A stretch of 64,000 nucleotides of DNA from Raillietiella orientalis (GCA_036172245.1 JAYWIR010000016.1:3162001-3226000); one strand, 5' to 3'; positions 38,210 through 53,630 are shown, counted from the first letter of the stretch. Numbers and translations are program-made. The notes: generated by a model not told the origin, from the sequence alone.

Positions 38210-39036
38210 GCCCCGCGTCCGAGGCTTTGTGGTTAAGGCTTCCGCGTGTGATACCACGCGTCGCGGGTTCGAATACTTTGGCAGAAACTGAGCCACTGCG
38301 TCGTTGGGTTCCGAGTTTCTCCAGCAATGGCGCTGGTTGGTCGAAACATCCGGGCGTGTCACCGGTAGCGGTTAAAGCCCGGAGGCCCCCGATGAAGGCC
38401 GGAACAATGAGAGTCGACCTTCGGGTCCTTCCAGGAATCTAGGAGTGGGGAGTTCCCCTCCTGTCGTGCAACGGAGAGTCCTTCCCCTCTGTAGCGGGGA
38501 GGACCCTCCGAGTCTTCTCTTCACAGAGTGCAAAGAAGCATGCGAGAGCGATCCCCCTGCGGGAAGCTGCAGAGCCCCTTCTGAGTTTCGGAAGTGTCCC
38601 TTCGGGGTTCTCTTCAGAGTGAACAGGAGCGGTTCCCTTGATGGTTCCCTCCAGAGAAGAAATTCCTAGAAGCGGATCCTTTCCGGGTTCCCTTCGGAGA
38701 AGATGAAATGGAGAGAACCACCCCCCTTCCGGGATGCTCCCTCCTAGAATGAGGAAGGAGATTCCCTTCGGAGACAACCAGGATGGGAGGTGCGATCCCC
38801 CCTTCAGGGGGGATCCCTCCCCAAGCGTGAGAGGAACGGACTCCGCGCCTTCCTGGATTCATAGGGCGGACCCCCCCTTCAGGGGTGCCCCCTATCTTGA
38901 AGAATAACACGCACCCTCCGCGGGTGGCGTGGAACAGTGTTAAAGAGCCACGTGCGCCGCGAGGCGCGCAACCGTTCTTGAGGTACTTAGTGATCCAAAA
39001 AAAAGAAAACCTGAAAAACCTGAAGAAAAAAAAAAA
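38210..39036 (+). mobile_element. tRNA-headed SINE-like element, copy 4 (apparently full length, ~830 bp)
   Basis: A-box-like AGGCTTTGTGG (38222-38232), B-box GGTTCGAATAC (38266-38276), hairpin-rich body, 3' block TTCTTGAGGTACTTAGTGATCC, then an A-rich tail. Confidence 0.78.
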
Positions 39037-42000
39037 TGTTAGAAGGGAAAAAACAGCGAAGACAGAAAAGAACCCAAAAGGATTTCCACCATCCCCAGAC
39101 CGATAGTAACAATCTCCTCGTAAGGTCGCTACTGACCTTTAAAAAAAAAAAAAAAAAGGTTGGGGGTTCGAACCGAAACGGTGAACCTGTCCGACAAATC
39201 GTCGCTTCTGCAAAGAGCGCCACTTCACCCTTGAGCTCCCGTCACGCGCAGCCCTTCGCCCACGGCGGCGAACCTGGACCGGCGGTGGTGGCGGCTGTGG
39301 GAATTTTTTCCATTCGAAGGCGAGAGCCCGACACGGCAGAAACTCCATCGTGATTTCGGATGGGAGGCGTGTGAGGCTCTGGTGTGCGACGGTGGTCTAA
39401 CCCCCCCCCCCCTCCCTCCCTCCCCATCCCGAAACGCTGCGATTTCGCGGGCAAGTAGGATCTCTCGGCTGGGGAGGTGGGTGCAAGGGAGGGGAAGGGA
39501 AACACGTAGCAGATTGCCATTAGGTACAGAAAATGCGTGCGTCCCCTTTTCCCCTCTGCTCGGGGTTGCTGCTGCTAAGGGAGTCACGAGGAGACCTCTC
39601 ACTCCTCGGAGCATCCTCGTCGATGACCATCAGGCCAGAAAGTGCTTGGCGAAGTGAGGCTGGAGGATCGCAAGCTGCTCACTCTGGTTTTCCTTTCATC
39701 ACGCATCCCCAGGCGGGGCTGCGAGTGACGAAAGTGGTCATCGAGTCCTAGAAGTAGATGTCAAGCGCACCACAAGAATACGCCGTCGGTGGCGGTGTTT
39801 TCGGGAGGGAACGAATGCTCTCCCTTGACGACAGCAAGTTGCGCCCACTTCGCCCTATCGGTTGGCGACCCTTTTGCGACTGGAGTGGGTAACTGCAGGT
39901 GGAGGCGACGGGAGGGGAGATACGAAATTGAGCCATCCTTCGTCTTTCCAGCTCAACATTTCCAGCAGCGGGTGGGACAAAAACGAATTCTACTTCACCT
40001 GAGTGGACGAGAAAAGTGGGGAAGGGGGGAAATTAGTCATCTTTCGTCGGAGAGAGGATCGTTCCCTGTTCTGCAGTTGCTGCTATATCGACAGGGGATC
40101 TCTTTCGTTCGCTCGTGTCCGTTCTGCAAAGCTTTTCTCTTCGAGAACCAGGAGAATGGTGTCTGGATTCTCTTAAATAGATCCTCATTCTGGGGAACCG
40201 TGGCGGCTGCCAGGCTGATGGGACAGCTTGGTTCAGAGTAACGGAGGGGAGCTGCATTTCAGCAAACATTTCAGGCCGTTCCCGAACGAGGCGAGGGTGG
40301 GGGAACAAATGCGAGACGCTACCTCGGAATATGCCGTCTAAAGCTCATCTGGACCGAAAATTTCCGAACTTGCTAAGCATCTGGACAACTTTCGCGACCC
40401 CTTTTCTCCTACACGCTGCTCATCTTGATGAAGAGCAAAGGTTTGCACATCGATGCTTCCCGATTGAACCTTCATCTCCTTGGTATCTTCATATTGTTAG
40501 TTGCCGTCTTCAATAACACCTCAAGTCCTGCGGTCAACCCCTCAGGGCAGGTCCGAAATTCGTTCCTAATGTTCTCCCGCTCTCTCGCAGGAAGATGTCT
40601 CTCTCGCTGCTAATATTGTCAAGCGGGAGTGGTGGCGAATGACTCCCGTTATGGCTTCGTTTTAGAAATGCAGTTTTAGAAAAGCATCTTCTCCCTCCCC
40701 GAAAATGTTCTTCTGGCCTCGCTGTTTCAATGCAAAGGGGCCCTATCAAGAGTGACAGCAATTTTCCAAGAAGCCCTGAGTGCGTCTGAGCAACGAAGAG
40801 GCAGCAGACGAGACACTCAGCTGCAGCACAAAGGGATACTTGAGAAATCGGAGGATTTTTTTAAATCCTCATTGGACTGCATTGGACGTCTCACGTAAAG
40901 ACCTGAAAAGGATGTGTTGGGAACAACCTCCAGCATACATCTCTTCCTGAATCTGATCCCCTGAGATGGTGAAGTTGCATACATAGGATGTGTTCTTCCC
41001 ATCAACAAACTGAAACGAATGTGTGGGATCATCGTAAGGCTTGGCAAAGTTTGCACAGTTACCTTTGATGGTGGAGGATTGTGAAACATCAAGGTTTGTA
41101 CTTCGAAAACCGCTGTTTCATATTTTTTTTTTTTTTTTAAAAAAAAAAAACTCATCTCAAAGCAGTAAAAAAGGCCGGAATTAGAGTTTGTTCTTGTTGA
41201 TGTTTCGTGTGCAAATTTGCACACAAGCACACGGTGATAGTTTTGCTTTGAGCAACGTCATTCGAATATGAAAATCCTAGTGAATCTAATGACGTTGTAT
41301 GTCTGTTCAAGCTTTAGGTTTCCTATCGATTTTGTACATTTTGGTTGCACCTATCTGGCGTTTATACCGTTGCAGCTACAAACATCCATCAGTGCTTCGT
41401 CTGTACCAGTGCTGCCAAATCGGAACATTCACACGCCAAAATGAGTACAATCTGACAACTGTGAGCACAGTACAAGGTGTCACGATTCAAGAAGTCATCA
41501 CATTTAAAACAATTATCTATGTTCACGATGCAGTATTTAAAAATTAAGATCGTTGCATGATATGCTACGTTTTTTCCATACACCATTACATGAAAAAATA
41601 CGCACACTATGACACGATTCGCATTTAATTTACCCACAAAAATGCAAATTGTTTAAGGAACCTGAAAATCAATTAACGTCTGATTCTTGTGGCTTTAGCT
41701 GTGAATCTAATCTCTTTATATTTGGCTTGCTTTATATTTGCCATTTTGTCACCTGGAAAGCAATACAAACAGTTTCACAATTTCCAATGGTTAATATTGT
41801 GTTTTTTTATTTTTTCTTCAGGAATTAAATAATTCATACTTCCACATAAAGTCGCATTTAATTATTTTGAGAAGGTCATTAAGAGAAAATAGACTTGATT
41901 TTTCATGTTACTAAAGTATACAAGAAATAAAGGCAAGAACTAACAAATGAGGTCTTATAAAATCACAGTGAAAATCTAATGGAATCATAAGTTTCTCTAA

Positions 42001-42149
42001 AATTTTCGCCTTGAGAACAAAATTTCGCCTCACGCCAAAACCATAGGCATCCTACCTCACTGCTGTTTGCTACACGGGTACTATATTCATCTGTCAACGT
42101 GTCGCCACGGCAACTACTTCTCGCCATGTTCTTCAATATGTCTTTCCGA

Positions 42150-42690
42150 AAATGCGTATACATTGCCTCCCCCTCCCCGTCTCTCCTTCTTGTATACCAA
42201 ATTAAGAGCTGCCATCAAGGAAAAGCAGCATTTGTTCTCTAGAAAGATGTATTTGAAAGATGTTACTGGTTGACATCCGGTGACGCCGGGGAGTTTATTT
42301 GTAAACCGACATGCCTGTGGCAGGACGTTTGATCCTACCACGCTACTTATGGACACGAAAAGGAACCTGCCCGGATCTGGCATTTTCTGAAAGAGTTTAC
42401 TGAAAACTGCCGATCGAATTCCTCTTTCTATGTAATTCGCCTGTAACTTGATCAGCAGTAACGCCCAAACATTCGCATGGAAAATGTAGTCATTTTGTTG
42501 TCAATTTGGAGTACACAAATCTTTGGATTTGTGCAGAAAGATGCAAACGAACAAAGCTTTAGAGGCTAATCAAGTAAAAGTTTTAGTGAAAAGTTGGATG
42601 TGCTTCCAAAAAGGATTTAATATTCGGAATTCGCATCTCGGACCCTCGCTGCCTTAGACACAAGATTGCGATTACATCCTTGTCCACTCT
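42150..42690 (+). mobile_element. Decayed mariner (Tc1/mariner) transposase remnant
   Basis: YTKLRAAIKEKQHLFSRK (cf. LxxAIxxKRPxLxxRK) followed by CPDLAFSE (~42367, cf. YSPDLAPSD); no intact ORF or TIRs recognised. Confidence 0.55.
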
Positions 42691-45316
42691 ATTTCATGGT
42701 GGATTGCTAACATGACAAATGGTTCGATACGAAATAAACAGCAGGCAGTTGACTCCTGCTTCAAGCCGAGTGAATATTGCTATAAATTCCTTGTTTTTTT
42801 TTTTTTTTTTCGCTACTCAAGAAGAAAATTATCTACTTTTAGTATTTTGTTAGGCTGTCTTATAGTGCTTCACTTAGTTCCCGTTATTCACTTTTTCAGA
42901 GTTCTCAGTTTCCTTAGACTCCCTAGACAGATAACAAATTGGGTTCCTTAGACATCGGATAACATTGAAGAAATTCACTCCCCCAATCCAGCTGGATAAT
43001 AAAGTAGACTCAGTTTGATAAAGCAATCTGTAAAGCCTACTTGTGACCTTAAAGACTTAACTCCCATTTGTCCCTTAAACTTTTAAACAAAATAAATGGA
43101 ATAATGTTCTGAATCGATTTCTTCTACAGAAATGATTGTATTTGCGAATACAGTATACGACTTCATCTTGTTTCATGTATTTCAGGTACGAACTCATTCT
43201 CAGAACATGCATCGCGTGATGAACTGTAATTTTGAATGAAATGAGTATTCTCAGTTTATGATAATGTCACCTTGAGGTACCTCGAGGTGTCAAGAGAGTA
43301 TTGATGATGGACTCATATTACAATTTCAATTTTTCGTATCGTCTCCACTATTTTATTATCAGATCAATTATTGTAAGAATGTACTCCCCCAGCAGACTCC
43401 AAAAATCGAACTTGATCATCAAATACGTTCAGTTGCAAGATTTCCATGACTAAAATGCTCCTGTACACTTTAGTCATTATGATAGATTTCATAGATATTT
43501 AGGATCTAGCTTTCGAATCCCATTGCCAGTTCCAGACGGAGTGCTTATCCTTTTAGCTTGATCGAAGCTGCTCACAGAGTGAAACAAAAGTTTAACAAGC
43601 ATTATAGTCAAAAAACCCTTTGAGGTTTTGCATTTCTTCGAGTCCTTTTTTTTTTTTTTTTCTCTCCTAGAATAGCCCGATGGAGGTCTTCAAAGGAGTA
43701 TTTAATTTGTGATGGAAATGAAAGCTATGAAAAGGGAGAAGAGAATATCTTAGGATTCGAGAGAAAGCAAATGAAAACGATTTTTCTCTTCAATGATGGA
43801 AAATTCTAAGAGCCAGAAATCAAAGAAAAGATAGATGTATTTCTTTTCTTTTCTGTTTCCAGGACTTTTGATCATCTCGAAACATAAAAAAGATTGAGGA
43901 GCACATAGTATTGATTCATGTAAAAAAGAACACAAAACTTCAATAACATAACTTTATCGGAAAATAGTCATGAAAACCAGAGCAACAGATGTGAATCTGT
44001 GCTTGTCTACTCTACTCTGTGCCCTGTTTCCGAGTTTTACATATTTTTTATTATTTGCTGCATTTCTGGGTTGAATAAATATATTCATTACCCATATACT
44101 CATTCTTTTTCTTTACTAGTTTATTGAATAATTTAGGAAGAAGTTTTTTCCTCGGAAATCTACATTTTATCGATCCTCTGAAAGAAACAGATTTCAACGC
44201 ATAACGTACGTGTATTTTGATTAAGAGACGGTAAACATGCACGTTTTCAAAGTCAACCAAAGTTTAATATATTTGAGGAAAACTTTAATAGATCATGACT
44301 TTGACATATGATGGGTTTGTTGCCTAAAAATGCAAAATTCCATTTTGAAAGGAGCACAATTAGCATTTTTTCGGTTAAATCTCTATACAGCCACTTATTT
44401 TAACAGCAACGAACTGTATTCTAAAAATGCAAATTTTCATGTTCATTAAAATGAAGCATAAACCAAAATTAAGAGAACTTACAAAAAAAAGTCGATTTCT
44501 ATTCATTAAATTCTGAAAATTGCTTAGAATAAGATAAATTAGTGCAAAGGAGCATTGTACTCTCGACTTTCGCTGCAAAAATGAGTTCCTCTCAATTAAA
44601 CTTTGTGAGTGCTTGCAATTATCATCCAGATTATAAAATCAATATTTTTTTTTCTCAGTGCCCGTATGAACAAGTGCCAATTTCCAATCTGTAAAGAATA
44701 ATTTATGACAAACCAATCAATTATGGGAGCATTCACTGAAGAAGCATCGGAAACTTGCTAGCTATTGCACAGTAAATTACCTCGATATGTCTTCTTGTTT
44801 ATGTAAATAGATGTGTGTACCTTTCCTCAATGGATGCGTAATTACGCATCCAGTTGTTTACATGTATATGTAATTTCAATACTTGCAATTATGGATACCT
44901 GTTGTGTGGTAACCCTGATGACATTTACCTTTGGCTGATTCGCGTACGCGGACAAGAGATCCCCAAACTGGTGGTTATGCGAACGTGGCTACTTGGAATC
45001 CATCGATTTAACAGAGTACAAGAGAACGCACGTGTTTTTAAACAAATATTGAAGGACAAGTTGTGGACATCGTAAAAAGATGGATTCAACAAGAGTGTAT
45101 TCTTAAGTTGTGTCTGCACATGTTGCATGTCTTTCAAATAGGCCTATCTGTATTGGGGAAGTTTTTTTGCTGTTGTTTCAAGTAGACTAATTTGGAATCA
45201 TTGCTCCGCCGTGTCAAAGATGTTCACATGCAGGGGCATCAAGAATACTAAATTGACTTTGTAAAGCGTATACTAATACTTGTAAATTGTTCAATTTGCA
45301 TTAAATTGTCAACGTC

Positions 45317-45808
45317 ATGACTGTTTTTGTGACAGTTGGCACTACCGAATTCGATGATTTGATCAGGCAAATGACTGCTCCAGAAATTCTTAGCATCCTT
45401 AAAGAAAAAGGCTATACCAAACTGCAACTTCAAATCGGGCGCGGAAAATTTATTCCCCAATGCAGAAATTACCCTATGGAGTTGACGTATTTCATGTTTA
45501 AAGAATCTCTAAACGAAAATCTAAAAGAAGCATCACTTATTGTAAGTCATGCTGGAGCAGGAAGCAGCATGGAAGCTTTGAGTTTTGCCAAACCAGTGAT
45601 ATTAGTGATTAACACCAGTTTGATGGGTAATCACCAGTTGGAATTGGCTGAAAAACTGCAAGACGATGGCCATGCTTTCTGCTGTACTTGTGACATGCTT
45701 CCCAAATTGTTACAGGAGGCTAATTTTGAAAAACTCACACCTCTCCCACCAGCAGAACCACAGAATTTTGCTAATTTTGTGAACAATTTAATGGGGATAC
45801 ATACATAA
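45317..45808 (+). CDS. ALG13: UDP-N-acetylglucosamine transferase subunit ALG13 (short GT28-C-only form), single exon
   Basis: 163-aa ORF with VFVTVGTTEFDDLI, VSHAGAGS and VINTSLMGNHQLELAEKL signature motifs. Confidence 0.96.
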   Translation: MTVFVTVGTTEFDDLIRQMTAPEILSILKEKGYTKLQLQIGRGKFIPQCRNYPMELTYFMFKESLNENLKEASLIVSHAGAGSSMEALSFAKPVILVINTSLMGNHQLELAEKLQDDGHAFCCTCDMLPKLLQEANFEKLTPLPPAEPQNFANFVNNLMGIHT

Positions 45809-45861
45809 ATAATTGAACTTCATGGAATTTTCTAACTGTGAAGTTGTATCACAGAAATGAG

Positions 45862-48470
<2,609 letters not shown>

Positions 48471-48784
48471 CGATACTATAAAAGCACCAAATAACGCTTA
48501 CACAAATAAATTTGTAAGAAACAAAGTCTAGCTTTTGAAACATAAGCATAGGTCAAGAAAATAATGATCAATCAACTTTGCAGGTGATGCTTATATTTTC
48601 ATACAATCATTGCATTCAGATCACACTGTGACTCAAACAATCTCAAAAGACCTATGAATGACCCACATTCCTTTGCTAATACATATCCACTAAGGTGGTC
48701 ATAAGTTCAATAGAACAATGGAAAACCATTTACCACCTAATAATAACCATCTTGAACTGAGATCCAAGATTTAAAACATTTATT

Positions 48785-51258
48785 TCATTGGTCATCAAGC
48801 CCATCAGAAGTACCATTTGGTAATGGACTGCTACCATCAGGACTAGCTGTATAGGCTCGCTTACTACTAGAAGATGGCAAGCTCTCCCCATGATATACTC
48901 TTTTACGAATCTGATTAGAGCTTGAAACAGGATCCTTGTCATTGGATGTCACCACATTGTCAGCAAGAGCACTGCCCAATCCACGCTCCCTTCTTGCCAT
49001 CACACTATCTGGTGCAGTTTTTCCACCTGAACTATCAGGTTGTTGTTCTTCAGATGGGCAGGGACCATCTGATGTACCAAGCAACAATCCATTAAGTGCA
49101 CCATCTTTTGAACTGCTGACTAATTCTGACTGACTGGACTCATCCAATGAATCAGCTGCTTTGGCTTCAGGGCTGGAAACATATCCTTGTTCATCCTCAC
49201 ACTCTGAATCAGTCCTGTAGTCAAGATCATTTTCTGAGAATGTCCTCAAATTCGTTTTCACAGCAAGACTGTCAACTTTAGCTTCACAAAATTTGTTTGG
49301 CATGGTGCCATTTGTATTGGCTGTCCACTCAGGATTAGTACTGTCTGAATCTTCAAAGGGAACAGGGGGAACATGCTGCTGTGAATAATCAGTTCGCATT
49401 GCTTTGCCCAGTTTCCTTCCTTGCAACTGCTCATTTTCTTGTAACAAACGCATGTTATGTTCTTTTGCTTCCCGAAGCTGCTGCTGTAAGTGGTAGATGG
49501 TGCTTTGCATTCCTTCTACATCTTCCTCCATTTCTTCCAAATATTTATCCAACTCTAATTTTAATTGCATTCAATTAGTTTCTAGAGAATTCTCATAGAT
49601 AACCTCCTCACCTGACTGCGAATTCTTCATTTCCTCACTGAAGCTTCTCTGTAACGCCAAATCTCCCTCTAGTTTAGCCAATTTTCCACTACTGACCATT
49701 CGGCCAAACTCTTGATTCTCTTGGAAGAGCATGCGACATTTGGCCAAAAGCAGCTTTCCTGTGTTACTGAAAGATGCCAGAACAGCATGTCAATGTGAGA
49801 AAAACCTGTGTGAACTTAAATACACAGGCTAGCAGTCAAAGGAAACACCTAAGCCCGTGCATCAACTTTCTAATCATATCTGCACAGAATTTGTGGCTGC
49901 CCTGTACTAGCCAATCTCACTGATCTTGGCAGCACTGAGATCACTCATGGAGACAAACTTTGTTTAAAGAAGTGGAGGACATGGGAGTGACCTGACCCAG
50001 AATGGTCCAGTCAAATAAGGAAAAGGGAAATACAAAGTGAATGTGGGCCAGCCACCTGAGATCAGGTGCCACTAACTGGGTCACAAAGGTTTTGAACGAA
50101 TCTTGAGTATTCCCATGAGAGTTATTAATACCAAACTGTACCAGTTATGCCAAGAGGCTCTAAGCTACAATTCAAGAATGCTAAGTTCACTGAGCCAGTT
50201 TGCAAGCACCTGTCAGGAGTAAATTTCCAGGCACTGAGTTCATTTTGAGTCTCTTCCAATTTATTTTTAGTAGCATCAAGTTCACGAGTTAATTTTTCCA
50301 ACAACAGATTCACTGCTGGATCCAGGAGATGAGAGCGAAGAGCAGCTACACTGGGTGTCTGAGCAGATTTCAATTCAGTTATCTGATTCTGAAACATATT
50401 ATGAAACACACAAGTTACTGATTGAAGTTCAGTTCATTTACAACATAATGTACTATAAAAGAAACCATTTCAATATACGACAAGTGCACATTGCAAATTT
50501 CTTCTAATTCTTAAATACATATATTACAAAGTTTAGCATTCAGAATTTGCATCCTTTCCAAAATTCGGCAATAATGATCGCAATTAGGGACCCCAAACAA
50601 AACAAAAATGTTGTCACTATTAAAACTAAATAGTCATGAACAATTAAACATAAAAGTACTTTAACAAAACTAATTTTGAAGCTGATTTTTGTTCACACAC
50701 GATGCACACTTTACTCACCAACAAGTCCTGCATATCCTGTTCTTTAGTTGTTAGACGCATTACTAGTAAATTTTCTCTTCTAGCTGCTTCTAGCTGTTGC
50801 TGGCGTGCTTTTTCCTCATCATGAGCATTTACCTCAAACTCTAAAAACGAATAAATCTAGATATGCATCGGCCACTTCATCCGCAATTAAATTATCTGCC
50901 GAAATTGAAACACTGTGCTCCAAAACAGTTTACAACCAATTTGCCGAAAAATAACATCGGTTCTTTAATGGGAGGCACATAGCAATGCAAGATTGTAAAC
51001 TGCACAAGTAATAAAAATGCAATAACAATAAAAGTACTAATCACACAGAAATTATAAAATCGCTAATGATGTGATCTTACTTCCATTCTGTTGGGCCTCT
51101 ATGAAATCAATGTACTTTTCTCGTTCACTCCATAGCTTTATTATTTCTTCTTTGGTCATTTCCTGCAAATCGTGTACGAGAACTTTCGTACGCGTCAACT
51201 TTCCTTGACTTTCATTACATGATTCACTTCCAGAATTGGATTTCTCATAATAAATCAT
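48785..51258 (-). CDS. WTAP: Pre-mRNA-splicing regulator WTAP / fl(2)d (m6A writer adaptor)
   Basis: Exons 51258-51081, 50840-50719, 50388-50210, 49766-49612, 49554-48785. Motifs RRENLLVMRLTTKEQ, LLDPAVNL, ELSAWKFTPDSNTGK.L.AKCR, EDVEGMQSTIYHLQQQL. Probable 5' UTR intron 51324-51260. Confidence 0.94.
49806..49932 (-). ncRNA. Candidate intronic H/ACA-like RNA in WTAP intron
   Basis: Hairpin (CTGC..TGGCT/AGCCA..GCAG), ATATGA (ANANNA, 49879-49874), hairpin (ATGCACGGGCT/AGCCTGTGTAT), ACA; 127 nt; no target identified. Confidence 0.3.
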
Positions 51259-53399
51259 TCTGATTAATATTAATGCGGTGGTTGCTCCATAGCAAAATCT
51301 TATATGCTATAAAAAGGTACTTACACACAAGACCTAAAACACGACAAACACAACAAATGTTAAACAGGTAACGTGCATCAAATGCTCTGCGAAAGAAAAC
51401 CGACCAACTAACGATGTCATGCAGTAATTTACGTGTCCACTTCAACTGACACATATTTTAGCGAACACGAACACAAAAATTTTCTCAAATGGCGTTCCAC
51501 GAAAACTTGGAGCAGCATTGCAAAAACCCACTCACTTCAGTCACAAAGGCACCCTTTTCTCATCTTGTGAAAAAGGGACTGCACTTATGTTGGCCACCAA
51601 AAATGCAGCATTTGCACGGGAAAATTATTTTTCGGGAGTTCTATGGATGTTTTCGAATTTTCTGCACAAAGGGGAGCACATTTGCAACGCGGACAGAATA
51701 AAGAAAACGAATACACATATTCTTAATGAGACTGCACGTTTGCAAAGTGGATAATCCTCCTTTGTGGTGGTTTAGAAAAAAAGGTATCCTAAATTGAAAT
51801 TTGGGAGAAAGAGTGCAAGCAAACCACACAATTTCGAATTAATCAGCACGCCAATGTGAACAGCAATTAGTTCCTGCGATAACATTCGGAATAAGAATTT
51901 ACAAATGAAAATGATAATTTTTCAAGACTTCATTTCGTGTAAGTGTATCGAAAACTACTGGAAAGCCTTTGTTTAAGAAATCGGAACATTTTAAACTTGA
52001 CATAACGATTCGAGGACTGTGGTAATTCATTTCAGTTGTTGCGAATCTTCTCGGAGAGCTTCGGTTTCTCCTTCTGCATAATGGGCAGCAGCCAATTTTT
52101 ATTTCAGCTGAAATGAAAAAAAAAACAAAAACAAACATCCCTTTAATTGGCACAGGCCTCCAAAATTTCCAAAACACCATGTCCACAGAATATATAAGCG
52201 TCGTGTGAACACCAAATGTAAAAGCACCCCTGCATAGCATTCATTGCACCATGCTATCTGAACAACTCAGCCCTCGAAAATCACTTCTAGAATCGACATA
52301 GATGGGAGTGCCCCTCCATAAAACTGAGATTTCACGAAAGCATCTGCCTTTTTACTTATTCATGCATGATAAAATTCACTAGGTAACCATAAAGAAGGCA
52401 AAGAAATCTTTTAAGCTGAAATGAAATCAGATTGCAGGTGTTTTCGATTTCCACAAACAAGTATATGTAAATTCCACTTATAAAATAAAATAGAACTTTC
52501 AACTCTCAAGAATGGTTCACTGCAAGTGCATGACGACGACAAACTGTGAATATCAGTTTCTATACGAGGAGGAAAATTGCAGCATCATGATTGCAGTTGC
52601 AGTCATTTCTTTCCACCTTTGCAGATGCTAGAAAATAAAAGTGTACATAACTTGTTTTCACTTTCATGGACGTGTTGATTATCTTAGATCTGTTGTCTTC
52701 AGGATTTTCTAAACTAGAAAGTTCCAAGAAAAAAGCAGCATGTCTTTTATTCCTCTTTGGCCTGAATTACGCCCAATATGCAAACGGAAAATTTACTCGG
52801 GTTTCGTGCAGTATAGACTTTTCTAAAACGACTTCATTGGATTCTCAGCGGTACCGGAATTCTGTATTCTCTACACACAATCGTCAAAACGAATAAGATC
52901 CTAATGTACATTTCCTGATATCATTCCACGAAAATACGAACGTATTGAGTTCAGATTCCCCAAATTTCTGCTGCGAAAAGGTTTACGAATTATACAAAAT
53001 TTTCGAGCGCTCAATTGCTTTCGGGTGAAAATTCCAACTTTGTAATTGAAACAATTTTCTTTCTGAAGAGACTTACAAATCCCTAACTGAACCATAAAGC
53101 TGTTTGTTAAATTTATTTCAAACTCAATTTCGAAGCGGTTAGAATTTCTTGTACTTTCACTCCTATGTCCATTTACAAATGCTTCAAGCAACCCATTTGC
53201 ATTCGTTTTCTTCACTCGCAACTTTTATTCGACAACTGTGCAAATGTAGTTGTTGATATTCGTTCCTGATCATAATGCCTGCAGAGCTTGTTAGCTTGTA
53301 TTGCATTCAGGCTATCCTTCACATTAAACGCAAGCCCTTAGTTAGAGAGCTCGTTAGATCTTACTCATTTTGGTCATTTTATGTCTGACAGGATGGTGG

Positions 53400-53630
53400 C
53401 TTCGTGGGAGGCTGGAATACACATGTGAGATACATGATAAAACAATTATTATATGGCCATTTATCGAGAATAAGGAAGTTACACAAAAGTGAGCATTGTA
53501 ACATCTTTGTTAACTCTAAGATCCTGGAAGTTCAAACAGTTGTTTATATTCTTCCTTGGACATTGGCTGGTACTTTGCTCGATGCTTATGCATTTTGTCG
53601 AACTTTCATACAGTCTAGATGGATATGAAA
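53400..53630 (+). mobile_element. Possible RTE-like LINE C-terminal remnant
   Basis: RYMIKQLLYGHLSRIRK resembles the RTE C-terminal RLPKQLLYGEL...R motif; single motif only. Confidence 0.3.

Noticed and set aside
38210..38285. Functional tRNA gene
   Set aside because: The acceptor and T stems do not close, there is no terminator, and the sequence continues into a repeat body shared by four copies, so it is a SINE head.
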